From: a virus
Lineage: Duplodnaviria; Heunggongvirae; Uroviricota; Caudoviricetes
Direction: 5' to 3' (one strand)
Virus record (IMG/VR): IMGVR_UViG_3300020577_007897
DNA: 64,000 nt
Both the position numbers and the translations under genes were made by a program. Each line of letters opens with the position of its first letter. Within the stretch, counting starts at the first letter, position 1. This document shows positions 44,101 to 52,848 of this stretch, in pieces. The notes beneath the pieces are model-generated. The model ran no database searches. It was not told the origin of the DNA and saw only the letters and a program-made list of their open reading frames with translations.

Positions 44101-45271
44101 CAAACTTCATAAACTGAGCGTTCTGATCATCTACCTGCGCACGATGATACATAGCACCAAATGATTGCTGACTAAACTGGCCAGGCATATTTCTTTGAAG
44201 ATTTGGCGGTGATATCTTAGCTTTATCTTTTGCTGCTTTACGAGCAAAAATCTCATCCCAATTAGCGCTAGTCTTTTTATTAATGTAATGAGCTGCTAAT
44301 CCACCACCTACAATAGCGGCGCCACCAACTACCCATGGAGATGCGAGAAGTGCACCTGCGCCTCTTGCCAGCATTCCACCTACACCAGATGTTACTTTAC
44401 CTAATAATGAACCACTATTAGACGCGCCAGGAGTTGGGGCCATAGGCTCAGGTGTGGCGCCAGGTATTTGAGGCATAGCACCAGGATTAGAGAACGGAAC
44501 TCTAGGCACAGGTGCAGGAGCTTTAGGAGACGGGCCTCCTTTTAACCAATTATTAAAACCAGAAGCGCCAGACTTAACAGCAGAGCCTGCATTGCGGGCT
44601 CCTCTATAGGTCTGATACATAGCGCCGCGGCGATAGTTTTTACCTATTTCGCGCTTTGTTCTGCTCCACCAATCTTGCGGAAGATTCTCTTCTTCTTCTG
44701 ATGGATGGTTGCTTCCGTTACCATGTCCCATAGGCAGACCAACAGGACGGCTTTTAATCTTAGCAATTTCTCTGCTTGCACCTTCAATCTTACCAGAAAG
44801 ATCATTATAACCTTTCTGCAAACGGGTGATCTGCTTATTGATTTCACCGACAGCTTTTTGAACAGCTTTGAAATCGTTAACACGGTTTTCACGTAGCTGT
44901 ACAATAGCCTCGTTTTGCTTTTTAAGCTGTTTGGTAATGTCTTTAATATCAGTCTTTACAGCATCACGAATGCGCTGGACGTCCTGATTATCAGTAGATA
45001 TTTTCTTTACTGAATCACCTAGACGTTCAATATCTGAATTTTGAGGAAGAGGCTTTTGATCTTCACGCTTAGACTTAGCTGCATCAGCTAGTTTTACTTC
45101 ATTAATTTTTTGCTTTTTAACTTTATCAGAAGCATCCACAGGCCCAGGGCTGGACGTTCCTGTTGGTTCGTCCATCTGTTTAAACATAGCACCATAGTCA
45201 TCAGTATTTTTATCTACTTCAGCTTTGGGAGGTGTTTTTGGGCCTTTAGGAGTTTTTGGTGTCTTTGCCAA
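41177..45271 (-). CDS. large virion-associated protein with amidase_2/PGRP-like peptidoglycan hydrolase domain and Pro/Gln/Gly-rich low-complexity regions (tape-measure or ejection protein candidate); start uncertain (TTG)
   Basis: GYHTAITPDGQVHELRPYDARPNQIESISGGHRPGAQYLENKNAYGVVLTGDG resembles T7 lysozyme GYHFIIKRDGTVEAGR...GSHAKGYNHNSIGVCLVGG. Coiled-coil N-terminus and PGQPNQPQAPQVPGQP repeats. Confidence 0.6.
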   Translation of the reverse strand: MAKTPKTPKGPKTPPKAEVDKNTDDYGAMFKQMDEPTGTSSPGPVDASDKVKKQKINEVKLADAAKSKREDQKPLPQNSDIERLGDSVKKISTDNQDVQRIRDAVKTDIKDITKQLKKQNEAIVQLRENRVNDFKAVQKAVGEINKQITRLQKGYNDLSGKIEGASREIAKIKSRPVGLPMGHGNGSNHPSEEEENLPQDWWSRTKREIGKNYRRGAMYQTYRGARNAGSAVKSGASGFNNWLKGGPSPKAPAPVPRVPFSNPGAMPQIPGATPEPMAPTPGASNSGSLLGKVTSGVGGMLARGAGALLASPWVVGGAAIVGGGLAAHYINKKTSANWDEIFARKAAKDKAKISPPNLQRNMPGQFSQQSFGAMYHRAQVDDQNAQFMKFGQLPPGFEFLQGHMGRLGSPGAVAARGAQPLSGGYNPGRPSYNGGSSYTPSYTTPTEPQQPAPVVPQPGQQAQPPQPGQPNQPQAPQVPGQPVVGGAAYLAAQRADFKRQIESNPQLKRLLGAVISSENPGAGPAVAESLFNRTAYMNEMRAKQGKAPLSIEQMIVGQPGRSFYGPINRGSINSHLRKMDDPKFAARMHALIEQAYTSNVIKGHTDQGSAGDPNYHQGGIGVNINGERFNDWGLPGTKQWRLKQQREFEAAEQRAREEAAKPKKMDGVIEVPTGKATPGGPQPLTKEQEEKERALDKAAIDKSLRDNPPGMMKLGGPKPVDLKDDRVPNANPGGSGDDAMKNRSSFAGSVLHMSPLTLEKLKEGETRPGSSPRAYGYHTAITPDGQVHELRPYDARPNQIESISGGHRPGAQYLENKNAYGVVLTGDGQLNEKSSAALKQHFASLVARGILPRDYSGYGKDARPTYGHGEIQKDAPGPFQRQTLDKGLPEGGAASKFLNENWNDILKQADALKGSPNTAVPGGPQASDSLKPLEQSAPGISDYIKKLSESKPAVSADGDAPQQPQSVAKPSILGSPVDLNAANRSRAGVIRGQLTVPPVGQFGQQSYPAVTGGWGKGSMPYGYHKLSPQYGASRIEGYLSGTPLSKQDKAQVFNVGKEGRPIDLDDPKYGGNNARSQIQIHGGALTAAKLDKLYSEGCLAIPYDKWGGPNGARAHILQYVKENPTATLAFLPSPKGQPHEFRILTKEQAEIEKRAGNVKVLTPEEAATNFKKNGDVSPPRPGDDPNAPNDGNDPAFDKPVAQPIQKPTGPGPSTGEGPVPPPPDGVQVPPATKKVFGQPLKGSAYNPLNWIERFYGGDKPNAATPTGPEPQPTVPGFEPSPAELPQSIAPMAPDTDKGYAPEKGFVAPENNDPGTAPAEQPVQGPAVSPGTEGPAEAPNFRNNPESAPESPGSGGQGSYGRCFV

Positions 45272-45478
45272 TTAGAATCTTCTTCTTGATAGTGCTTCTT
45301 GTTCTTGGCGAGCTCTCTCAAGCTGCGCTGCATGCTGGGCATGCTGATCTTTTAATAGCGAGATGTAAATATCAAGTTCATAGCTAATAATTCCTTCAAG
45401 ATCTGATATTGTGTAATTGTTCTGTGATGTCAGAGCAAATATCGTCTTGTAGTAATTCTCTAGCGTATTATGGTTCAT
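45272..45478 (-). CDS. hypothetical protein
   Basis: 68 aa directly upstream of the large gene. Confidence 0.35.
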   Translation of the reverse strand: MNHNTLENYYKTIFALTSQNNYTISDLEGIISYELDIYISLLKDQHAQHAAQLERARQEQEALSRRRF

Positions 45479-46182
45479 CCAAATGTAAAAAAATCTTCTA
45501 ACGATCTCAGAGGAATTGTACGCTCTGTTCCCTTGCTATTGGTGTATTTAATATCATAGAATAGTGTTGGAGTTGCAGCAAAGAACTTCTGCAGATCTTC
45601 AAATGCCTTGGCTGGAATAGAGTCAATAAATTCCTTAAGTTCTTCTTTTGATGAATCTGCACAATTGTGTATTTTGTCACCTTCAAAGATCTTGTCTAGA
45701 CATGCAATCATTGTAGCTTCAAACGCTTCATCTTCTTGCAAATTAAGCATATCAGAGTTTGTAAACAATGTTACAGGAGGGTAGCGAAGCGAAATATAAA
45801 TGCCAGGTGCTATCTCAAACTTGTTTGTCTCTGGAAGAGGTGTGATTTCAACCTTATTCAAATCAATTTCAAAATCATAATCTTTCTCATCTTCAAGATC
45901 CTTATAGCTAACCTTGACAACGTTGCCAATCGAGTTTGCGCGGATCTTGGTGAATAGATATTCAATATCAGCCAATGTAAGCTGGTCAATATTGATGCTG
46001 TCTGTAACACAATTATTAACAACTTGCTTAATAGCATTAAGATAGTCAGCGCGATCTGCAGCCTGCTTTGCAATAAGAAGAATCTTCTCTTCTTTTACAA
46101 GCATTGGGCGAACTTTAACTTTCTTCTTGGTAGTTGGGATAGTGCAATCAAACAAAGGCTGTTGAATCTTAGGTAGTGCCAT
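45475..46182 (-). CDS. putative baseplate/tail assembly protein
   Basis: 235 aa. Called only from its position in the late minus-strand operon. Confidence 0.4.
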   Translation of the reverse strand: MALPKIQQPLFDCTIPTTKKKVKVRPMLVKEEKILLIAKQAADRADYLNAIKQVVNNCVTDSINIDQLTLADIEYLFTKIRANSIGNVVKVSYKDLEDEKDYDFEIDLNKVEITPLPETNKFEIAPGIYISLRYPPVTLFTNSDMLNLQEDEAFEATMIACLDKIFEGDKIHNCADSSKEELKEFIDSIPAKAFEDLQKFFAATPTLFYDIKYTNSKGTERTIPLRSLEDFFTFG

Positions 46183-46195
46183 AATTTACTCCAAA

Positions 46196-46921
46196 TTAAT
46201 TGCCAGTAGGCGGAAGAACTTCTGCATCTCTCAATTGTTCTGCAGGTGTAGGTGGTTCATTTGATCTTATAGGGGCGGTAGGTTCAGGTGTATCAACACC
46301 TGTTGATTGAACAGCAGGTTGAACTGTTGTAGTTGTCCAATCAAGATATTCAAAGTTAACTTGAAACTTCGCGTTGCCGTTCTGTGAATATGACATAGGT
46401 ACATCAGCCACAACAGAAGGAAAAGCTTCTTTGATGTAATATACTTCAACAACATCTCCAGCTGTATTAAGCACAGCTATTGTAATATCAGTAGCATATT
46501 CAGACTTGTATTCTAGCTCATATTGACGACCGCCAAAGTTAGAAATCTGATTGATGCCACCGTTATACCAATCATGAGGCATAATGTACTGCATCCAGCT
46601 ATTAAAAAAGTGCATATAATCGCCATTAGCATCTGAATTAAACGTGCATTGAATAGGCATAAACACAGGCATATACGGGCGTTTCTCGTCTGGACCATAT
46701 GTCCAACGCTTTGCAACGTTGAGAGCTAACTGATAGCCAGGAATGTTAACACTATCAACCCAAAATTCCATATCTTTAGTAATATCAAACGCATCGGTCA
46801 TGCGCGTTGTACCTGTTACCATGCAGCGCGGCGGTACAAGAGTCATAACATATCTATTATCACGCATCATTCCGCCACGCTTGCCAATAGCGGATTTAAA
46901 TTCTTCGATGCTGAATGCCAT
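46196..46921 (-). CDS. tail-tube-family protein (gp54/gp48/gp19-like)
   Basis: The N-terminus MAFSIEEFKSAI resembles T4 gp54 MYSLEEFNNQAI. Confidence 0.45.
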   Translation of the reverse strand: MAFSIEEFKSAIGKRGGMMRDNRYVMTLVPPRCMVTGTTRMTDAFDITKDMEFWVDSVNIPGYQLALNVAKRWTYGPDEKRPYMPVFMPIQCTFNSDANGDYMHFFNSWMQYIMPHDWYNGGINQISNFGGRQYELEYKSEYATDITIAVLNTAGDVVEVYYIKEAFPSVVADVPMSYSQNGNAKFQVNFEYLDWTTTTVQPAVQSTGVDTPEPTAPIRSNEPPTPAEQLRDAEVLPPTGN

Positions 46922-47566
46922 TTACTTGTATACTTTCTCTAGTGATTCGCGCCATACATTGGCTGCTGTTTGCTTTTCAAAGCGCTCAAGAGGAAGAGGT
47001 AATAGCGTTACCCAGTCTTGAGGATCAACCAAATAGAAACGAGACTTAACATGTGACCAAAGATATTTCTTAACACATGGTTTAAAAAGCTCTGATTGAC
47101 ATAGGCCCTGAAGCTTATTGTATGTCATATTTAGTTGGCGTTTTGCAAACGCATTGTATTGAGCTTTTTCTGGGTTCTTGAGAAATTGATAATCAGAATC
47201 TTGCATAATCATATCAAGAAGCTGTGCTCTCAATAGAGGATGTAGATAGTGAAAATTAATACCAACAAAACCTTCTGTGCTAATTGATATAGGCATGATA
47301 AGAGGAGCTCTATCAAAGTACGGAAGAGTGTCAGCATGCTTTGGATCGTAAAAGAATAGCATCAGCTTACCAATATGCACTGGTGCAATGATGTTTCTTA
47401 GCTTGTCTTTTTCTTCAGACATAAGAGCATTAGCATTGGATGGCTTTCCAGCCAATGATCTACCTATCTGAACATAGGTCTGAACAGCTTTATTAACGAA
47501 TGTTGACTCGTTAATGCGCTGTAGCTTATCACCAAATTTTGTTCTTATTTCGTGAATAATACTCAT
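46922..47566 (-). CDS. hypothetical structural protein (gp2 position by synteny)
   Basis: 214 aa between the gp4 homolog and the tail-tube-like gene. Confidence 0.35.
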   Translation of the reverse strand: MSIIHEIRTKFGDKLQRINESTFVNKAVQTYVQIGRSLAGKPSNANALMSEEKDKLRNIIAPVHIGKLMLFFYDPKHADTLPYFDRAPLIMPISISTEGFVGINFHYLHPLLRAQLLDMIMQDSDYQFLKNPEKAQYNAFAKRQLNMTYNKLQGLCQSELFKPCVKKYLWSHVKSRFYLVDPQDWVTLLPLPLERFEKQTAANVWRESLEKVYK

Positions 47567-48008
47567 TATTGATTCCTAGTTCTGCTTCAGTGAGCACTTT
47601 AAACTCTAGCCCCACTTTCTCGCAGTATGCTCGTGCAGCTGCCCATTTAGCTTGATTAATTTCGTACGTCTCAGCTTCTTCCAAGAACTTTTTTGTTATC
47701 TTCTTGGGCATTTTGGGCGGTTGAGTCTGCACATGTGGCTTAATCTCTACCATCCAATTGACAGTCTTACCTGTTTTCTCTCTAAACTGCACTACAAAAT
47801 CAGGATAATAACGTCTTACTAGCCCGTCAGGGGCCCTGTAAGGAATAATCATCTCTTCTGAACCCCACTTTAATACATCTGGGTGGTCATCCAAAAATCT
47901 CATATATTTCCATTCATATGATGAACGATAAATGATCTTGGTAGGATCGCCTAAATATTTTTGTGGATTGCGTGGCGTAAAAATGCCTTTATATGTTCTA
48001 ACTGCCAT
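47529..48008 (-). CDS. 4: head completion protein gp4 homolog
   Basis: MAVRTYKGIFTPRNPQKYLGD resembles T4 gp4 MAGYKSKGVYTPKNPEKYLGD. MVEIKPHVQTQPPKMPKK resembles LIEVKPKKQTLPPKEPKK. ATG 48008 preferred over the track GTG at 48077. Confidence 0.8.
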   Translation of the reverse strand: MAVRTYKGIFTPRNPQKYLGDPTKIIYRSSYEWKYMRFLDDHPDVLKWGSEEMIIPYRAPDGLVRRYYPDFVVQFREKTGKTVNWMVEIKPHVQTQPPKMPKKITKKFLEEAETYEINQAKWAAARAYCEKVGLEFKVLTEAELGINNEYYSRNKNKIW

Positions 48009-48025
48009 AGTTGCTCGCAATAGTT

Positions 48026-48033
48026 TATAAATA
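48026..48033 (+). promoter_or_regulatory. T4-type late promoter TATAAATA in the divergent intergenic region
   Basis: TATAAATA lies ~30 nt upstream of GTG 48064, which has RBS AAAGG 8 nt upstream. The surrounding TTTATAAATATTTA is palindromic and AT-rich. Confidence 0.45.
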
Positions 48034-48063
48034 TTTAGCCCCAAAATTAACAAAGGTACTATT

Positions 48064-49002
48064 GTGGTTGATATCACTTCTACTCTTCAAGCATTGTCCC
48101 GTCAAGGCACTTTCAACACCATTGATCAGCTAAGCCAGATTGTAAGACCATCTGATGCTATAGCTCAAGCTATCGACGGTCAAAATCTTAAATTTTACCA
48201 ATTTCCAAACGACCCTGCGCCGCACAGATTTAGTATTTTGCAAGGTACTATTAGACCGTGGACAGCTGTATCAGGAACCGGAAGTGTAAATTTTGACCCA
48301 ACTGGTGCAAGTTCAGTAACACCATATTTCTTTAATAAAGCATATGTTCTTCCTCTCCCTACTCTTATTCAAGATAGCAAGAGCGTACAATATAATAGAA
48401 ATTTTAACTGGGCCAAAGCATTAGGCGGCGCATTGTCAGCCGTAGTCGGTGCTGGTAATCTTAGCTATCTTGAAAAAATTGCAGGCGCAGCAACAGGTCT
48501 AGGTGAAGGTTTAGGATATGCTGTTAACAATTTTAAAGCATTAACAATTACTCAACCTGAATTTAGAACATTCAATCTAGAATTTAGACTATTTCCCAAG
48601 ACTCTTGAAGAGTCAAGAGCTATTCAAAAGATTATTACCACAATTCAAACAGGTATGCATCCCGAACTGGATGGTTTTGGTATTGCTCAAGCGTTCAAGT
48701 TTCCTGATATCTTTATGTGCTTCTTCTCAACAGGTCAAACAGGCGCCGATGGCGCTGCATATTTGTACAAGTTTAAGCCAGCTGTTATTGCTGGCATGAG
48801 TGTTAACTATCAGGGCGACGCGCCAGTTCCTGCATTTTATCGTGATCCGACTGGCCAAGCTATTCCAGAATCAGTTATTATTCGAATGGGCTTTATTGAA
48901 CTTGAAGTGTGGACGCGTCAAAACTATCTCGATTCAGTTGATCAGAACTCTGGTCTTTATGATACTAATCCACTTAGTGCACTAAATCGCTCGGTAAAAT
49001 AA
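48064..49002 (+). CDS. baseplate structural protein (GTG start)
   Basis: 312-aa ORF with no in-frame ATG near its start. The GTG start has a good RBS. First gene of the plus-strand late block. Confidence 0.5.
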   Translation: MVDITSTLQALSRQGTFNTIDQLSQIVRPSDAIAQAIDGQNLKFYQFPNDPAPHRFSILQGTIRPWTAVSGTGSVNFDPTGASSVTPYFFNKAYVLPLPTLIQDSKSVQYNRNFNWAKALGGALSAVVGAGNLSYLEKIAGAATGLGEGLGYAVNNFKALTITQPEFRTFNLEFRLFPKTLEESRAIQKIITTIQTGMHPELDGFGIAQAFKFPDIFMCFFSTGQTGADGAAYLYKFKPAVIAGMSVNYQGDAPVPAFYRDPTGQAIPESVIIRMGFIELEVWTRQNYLDSVDQNSGLYDTNPLSALNRSVK

Positions 49003-49919
49003 TGGACAAGTATTTTCAAAAATTTCCGTATATCTATTACAGCAATACAATCTGTGTTGATATTGCTCGTCGAGTTCGTTTGGACGATTATCAATCAGCT
49101 CAAGGCGATTTGAATCAATATTATCCATATGAGTTGGTGCACCACCTTCGTCCAGATCATGTATCAGAATATTATTATAAAGACGCTGAGCAAGACTGGC
49201 TTATCTATCTGACCAACAAAGTCATCGATCCTTATTATGGCTGGTATTTGAGAGATGATCAACTAGATTCTATGATTGTTGACAAATATGGTTCAATTGA
49301 AGTGGCTCAGAGAACTGTAGCCTACTATGTTAATAATTGGTATAAAGACCCGGGCAATATATCTGTTGATCATTACAACAACGTAATTGATATGGATTGG
49401 CGCAAGTACTATGAACCGGCCTGGGGTGCTGCACAACAGATTGTTGGATATAAGCGTAAGCAATTAGATCTCAACTTTAATACCAATCAGATTCTCAAGT
49501 ACACAATTGCTACGTCTAATGGTACTTTCTCTAACGGAGAACCAGTTAACTTTACTGCATTCTCAGGCGGGCCTCTTTTGGGTACTGGCATGCTTACTTG
49601 TGCTAATGCGACGCATCTAGTAATTCAATCTGTATCTAATGATTTTGTAGCCAACTCTTCTGTTACAAAAACCATCACAGGTTTTACTTCCGGTGCTGTT
49701 GCAACAAGCAATCTATATGCAAACGTGATTATTAATATTGCAGATGATGAAATGGTATTTTATGATCAGATAACAATGTATGATCTTGAAGTAGAAAATA
49801 ATGAACAAAAGAAAAATATTAATCTAATCGGTGCAGGCGTGCAAGGTATTGTCTCACAGACAATTTCCAAAAAGCTTAGAACCAATGTAGATAAATCAAC
49901 CAACTTGACAATTGAATAA
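49002..49919 (+). CDS. structural protein
   Basis: 305 aa; ATG overlaps the upstream TAA. Confidence 0.5.
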   Translation: MDKYFQKFPYIYYSNTICVDIARRVRLDDYQSAQGDLNQYYPYELVHHLRPDHVSEYYYKDAEQDWLIYLTNKVIDPYYGWYLRDDQLDSMIVDKYGSIEVAQRTVAYYVNNWYKDPGNISVDHYNNVIDMDWRKYYEPAWGAAQQIVGYKRKQLDLNFNTNQILKYTIATSNGTFSNGEPVNFTAFSGGPLLGTGMLTCANATHLVIQSVSNDFVANSSVTKTITGFTSGAVATSNLYANVIINIADDEMVFYDQITMYDLEVENNEQKKNINLIGAGVQGIVSQTISKKLRTNVDKSTNLTIE

Positions 49920-51193
49920 TGACAGATATCATTCAGCCTGGTAAAGCGCGCTTATTGCAATGTACAATTTCTGGTGTTCCGGATACAGACGGAAGAACAA
50001 ACTTCTTCCATGTGCAAGAACTTCGCATATATGAAGATCATTGCAAAGCGTATTTTACAGGACAGCTTATTGTAGAATTTCATCAGAACGTCTGGGAAAA
50101 TATTGTTAACCCAGGCGCTGAAGTTGTTATATCATTTGATTCACCAAGATCAGATGGCGGGCCTACCAAGACTTATACAGAGAATTTTAAGATCTATTCA
50201 TATGAATCTAAGCCTCGTGAAGGTGATATTCACAATGCTATAGTAATTACACTATCTCTAATTGGTGAAGAATATTATCGCGATCGTTTTAATACTGTCA
50301 TGATGCCATTCTCTAATGTACCTGGTACAGCTGCTGCAGCTACTGTTCACGGAATGTATATGAGTGTTAATGGTGGTCTTGATATTCTAGATGGTTCTAT
50401 GGGCCCAATTGGGTCAACTCAAGTACCTCATGAGGTAAGAAATTTAAAGCCAATTAAAGCTATTCATGATCTATTAGACAAGTCTGTTTTTGCTAGATAT
50501 CCAAGCTGCGCGCCCATGTATTTTAGAAACAAGCCTGGTTATGCTATGGGGCCTCTACAAGGCTTTTTAGAAACAACACCAGTAGTTCAAACATTTGTTC
50601 ATACACCCGCTCAAACAGCTTCTGCTCAAGCAGCATTATATGGATATGATAAAATCTTGCATTTGAGACCTATGTCTCCTCCTGGCGAACAAACAGCAGG
50701 TGGTGGCCAGTCTGCAAATATGATGGACGGCCTATTTAAATCACTATCGTTCTTTGATATATCTCAGGGCGATATTATGAATAATGATGCTTTCTCTTCA
50801 TTGGCCGGTGCTGCGGGTATTGCTTCTCAGTTTAAATCAGCTGTTAAGAGTAAAGCTGGTGGGCGCCAAATCTTTTCAGTACTTGATTCATTGCACCAGG
50901 CGCTGCCTATTCAAAAGAATGGACCAGGCGGGTTTGCACAGAATGAAGATGCATTCTTAACTGCATTGTCGTTTACCCCCAAGTTTTGGGTATCTGCTCC
51001 TCTGCAGACAGGTGTAAATGTAACATGTGGTCAACGTATTAATGTGTTGTATCCTTTCAGTGGTCAACAGCTAATTGCAAAGACTCTTTATGTAGCAAGA
51101 TTAATTCATGAACTTAAATTTACAGAAGGCAATGAAAGAGAACCTGTTAACATTATTGGTACAACTCAGCTTTTTGGAGTACATTGGCAATGA
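49919..51193 (+). CDS. baseplate hub protein candidate (gp27-like by size and position)
   Basis: 424 aa. Confidence 0.4.
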   Translation: MTDIIQPGKARLLQCTISGVPDTDGRTNFFHVQELRIYEDHCKAYFTGQLIVEFHQNVWENIVNPGAEVVISFDSPRSDGGPTKTYTENFKIYSYESKPREGDIHNAIVITLSLIGEEYYRDRFNTVMMPFSNVPGTAAAATVHGMYMSVNGGLDILDGSMGPIGSTQVPHEVRNLKPIKAIHDLLDKSVFARYPSCAPMYFRNKPGYAMGPLQGFLETTPVVQTFVHTPAQTASAQAALYGYDKILHLRPMSPPGEQTAGGGQSANMMDGLFKSLSFFDISQGDIMNNDAFSSLAGAAGIASQFKSAVKSKAGGRQIFSVLDSLHQALPIQKNGPGGFAQNEDAFLTALSFTPKFWVSAPLQTGVNVTCGQRINVLYPFSGQQLIAKTLYVARLIHELKFTEGNEREPVNIIGTTQLFGVHWQ

Positions 51194-52185
51194 GTAATCC
51201 TGTAAATCCTAGTGATCGTAATGGCCCAATACAGACCGGCCAAAAAGGCAAAGGTATTATTCTCAATAGACAAGACCCTCTAAAGCAGAATAGATATCTA
51301 GTCGCTATGCAGGGTATGGATGGTGAATTAGGACAGCCTCAATGGATGGTTGTAAAATCACAAGGCATGGCTACTAGAATGCTTGGTGGTACAACTCGCT
51401 ATATGGTTGGTGATTGGGTATCATTGGAACAAAATGGTAATTCTGGTCAAATTTATGAAATTACTGGTGCGCATAAAAATGAAAAGACTGATGAGAATAC
51501 TAAGGACAAGCACCTTGATGAAACATCAGATGAACCTTATAAAGTAGCAGATTCAATGGGCCCTGTCCAGCCTCGAGTGTTTGCTGGGTGGGGCACCCCT
51601 GGCTTTACATTTGGAGATGTTAACGCTGCAAAGAGCTATGTTAATGGACTAGTTCCAACTCAGTATACACCTTATAAAGATGATCCAGTTAAAGCAGCTG
51701 CAGACGAAGCGCCACCTCCTGCCAAATATGCTGGCACCAAAGGAGCGAAACTTGGTGAAAAAGCGAGAGGAAAAAGTCTCGGTACCAAAAAATATCCGTT
51801 AGCTTCTACCGACAAAGCAGACAAAGATTTAGACGCGGCAGGTGTTAAAGAGACAGTTGAGAAAGCTAGAGCGATGGTTGATAACCTTCGCAAAACTATT
51901 GAAGGTGGACTTAACCCCAAAATGCCTGATTCAGTTGGTGGAATGGGTAATATCATGAGTGCATTATCATCAATTGCATCTCTATTTTCTAGCGCTAGCA
52001 ATTCGTCTCAGAATAAGCAGCAGCAAAGAACAATTATGGAATCTACATTACGTTCAATATATAAGAACGAAACAGGCAAAGAAGCTCTCGATGTATTTGG
52101 CAAAGAGACACAAGATTATAAGACATGGAGAACGGCTTATCTAGCGTTGCACAATCTTACTGATGTATATGATACGACAGCTTAA
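51184..52185 (+). CDS. baseplate central spike, gp5 N-terminal OB-fold-like (no lysozyme domain)
   Basis: RYMVGDWVSLEQNG resembles T4 gp5 GLRVGSWVVGFFRDG. C-terminal Ala/Lys-rich region. Confidence 0.45.
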   Translation: MAMSNPVNPSDRNGPIQTGQKGKGIILNRQDPLKQNRYLVAMQGMDGELGQPQWMVVKSQGMATRMLGGTTRYMVGDWVSLEQNGNSGQIYEITGAHKNEKTDENTKDKHLDETSDEPYKVADSMGPVQPRVFAGWGTPGFTFGDVNAAKSYVNGLVPTQYTPYKDDPVKAAADEAPPPAKYAGTKGAKLGEKARGKSLGTKKYPLASTDKADKDLDAAGVKETVEKARAMVDNLRKTIEGGLNPKMPDSVGGMGNIMSALSSIASLFSSASNSSQNKQQQRTIMESTLRSIYKNETGKEALDVFGKETQDYKTWRTAYLALHNLTDVYDTTA

Positions 52186-52194
52186 AGGAATAAC

Positions 52195-52839
52195 ATGGCA
52201 CAAGTAACACCAAAAGATGATGAACAAAAAGCATCAACTCAGCACCCAGAAAAGAATGAATATCCTTTACAGGAAGTATATCAGCATGAAGGCGGATATC
52301 GCTTTGTAATTGGTAATGAAAAAGGTAAGCAGTTTGTAGCTGAATGGCATCCTTCTGGTTCTCACACTATTCATCACCCTGATGGTTCAGTAACTAGCTG
52401 GACTGTAGGCGATCATAAAGTTGCTCATAAAGGTGGCAAGTCCGTTATTATTGGAAATAATGGAGATGTTCTTATTGCTGGTCATAGCAGCAATGCAGTT
52501 GAAGGTGGAGAACATAAAGAAGTGGCTGGTGATTCATCAAGCGTTGTGGGCGGAAAGACCAACATCGTTGCATTGGGCGGAATGGGGATGGCAGTACAGG
52601 GTAATATGTACATGGGTACTACTGGAGCCATCTCAATGAACCCTGGCGGCGGCCTTAAGATTGTTGGTAATGTAGAACTTGAAGGTAATTTGACTATGAA
52701 AGGTAATATTGCTTTGACAGGTGATATTGATCAAAAGGGTACTCACACTGATAGTAAGGGCGGCCATATTGGCGCAAGCCCAAGTCCAAACCCTGCACTT
52801 CCAAATATTAATCAGAGCTCACCTGCTCTAACCTCGTAA
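52195..52839 (+). CDS. Gly-rich beta-helical spike/needle protein (gpV or gp5 C-terminal-like)
   Basis: Repeats VIIGNNGDVLIAG, VVGGKTNIVALGG, KIVGNVELEGNLTMKGNIALTGDI. Confidence 0.5.
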   Translation: MAQVTPKDDEQKASTQHPEKNEYPLQEVYQHEGGYRFVIGNEKGKQFVAEWHPSGSHTIHHPDGSVTSWTVGDHKVAHKGGKSVIIGNNGDVLIAGHSSNAVEGGEHKEVAGDSSSVVGGKTNIVALGGMGMAVQGNMYMGTTGAISMNPGGGLKIVGNVELEGNLTMKGNIALTGDIDQKGTHTDSKGGHIGASPSPNPALPNINQSSPALTS

Positions 52840-52848
52840 GGAATTTAA

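Noticed and set aside
45272-45478. Fusion of the 68-aa ORF with the 1364-aa ORF by programmed frameshift
   Set aside because: The two are in the same orientation but separated by an in-frame TAA, and no obvious slippery heptamer was seen. This is left as a start-codon ambiguity rather than claimed as recoding.
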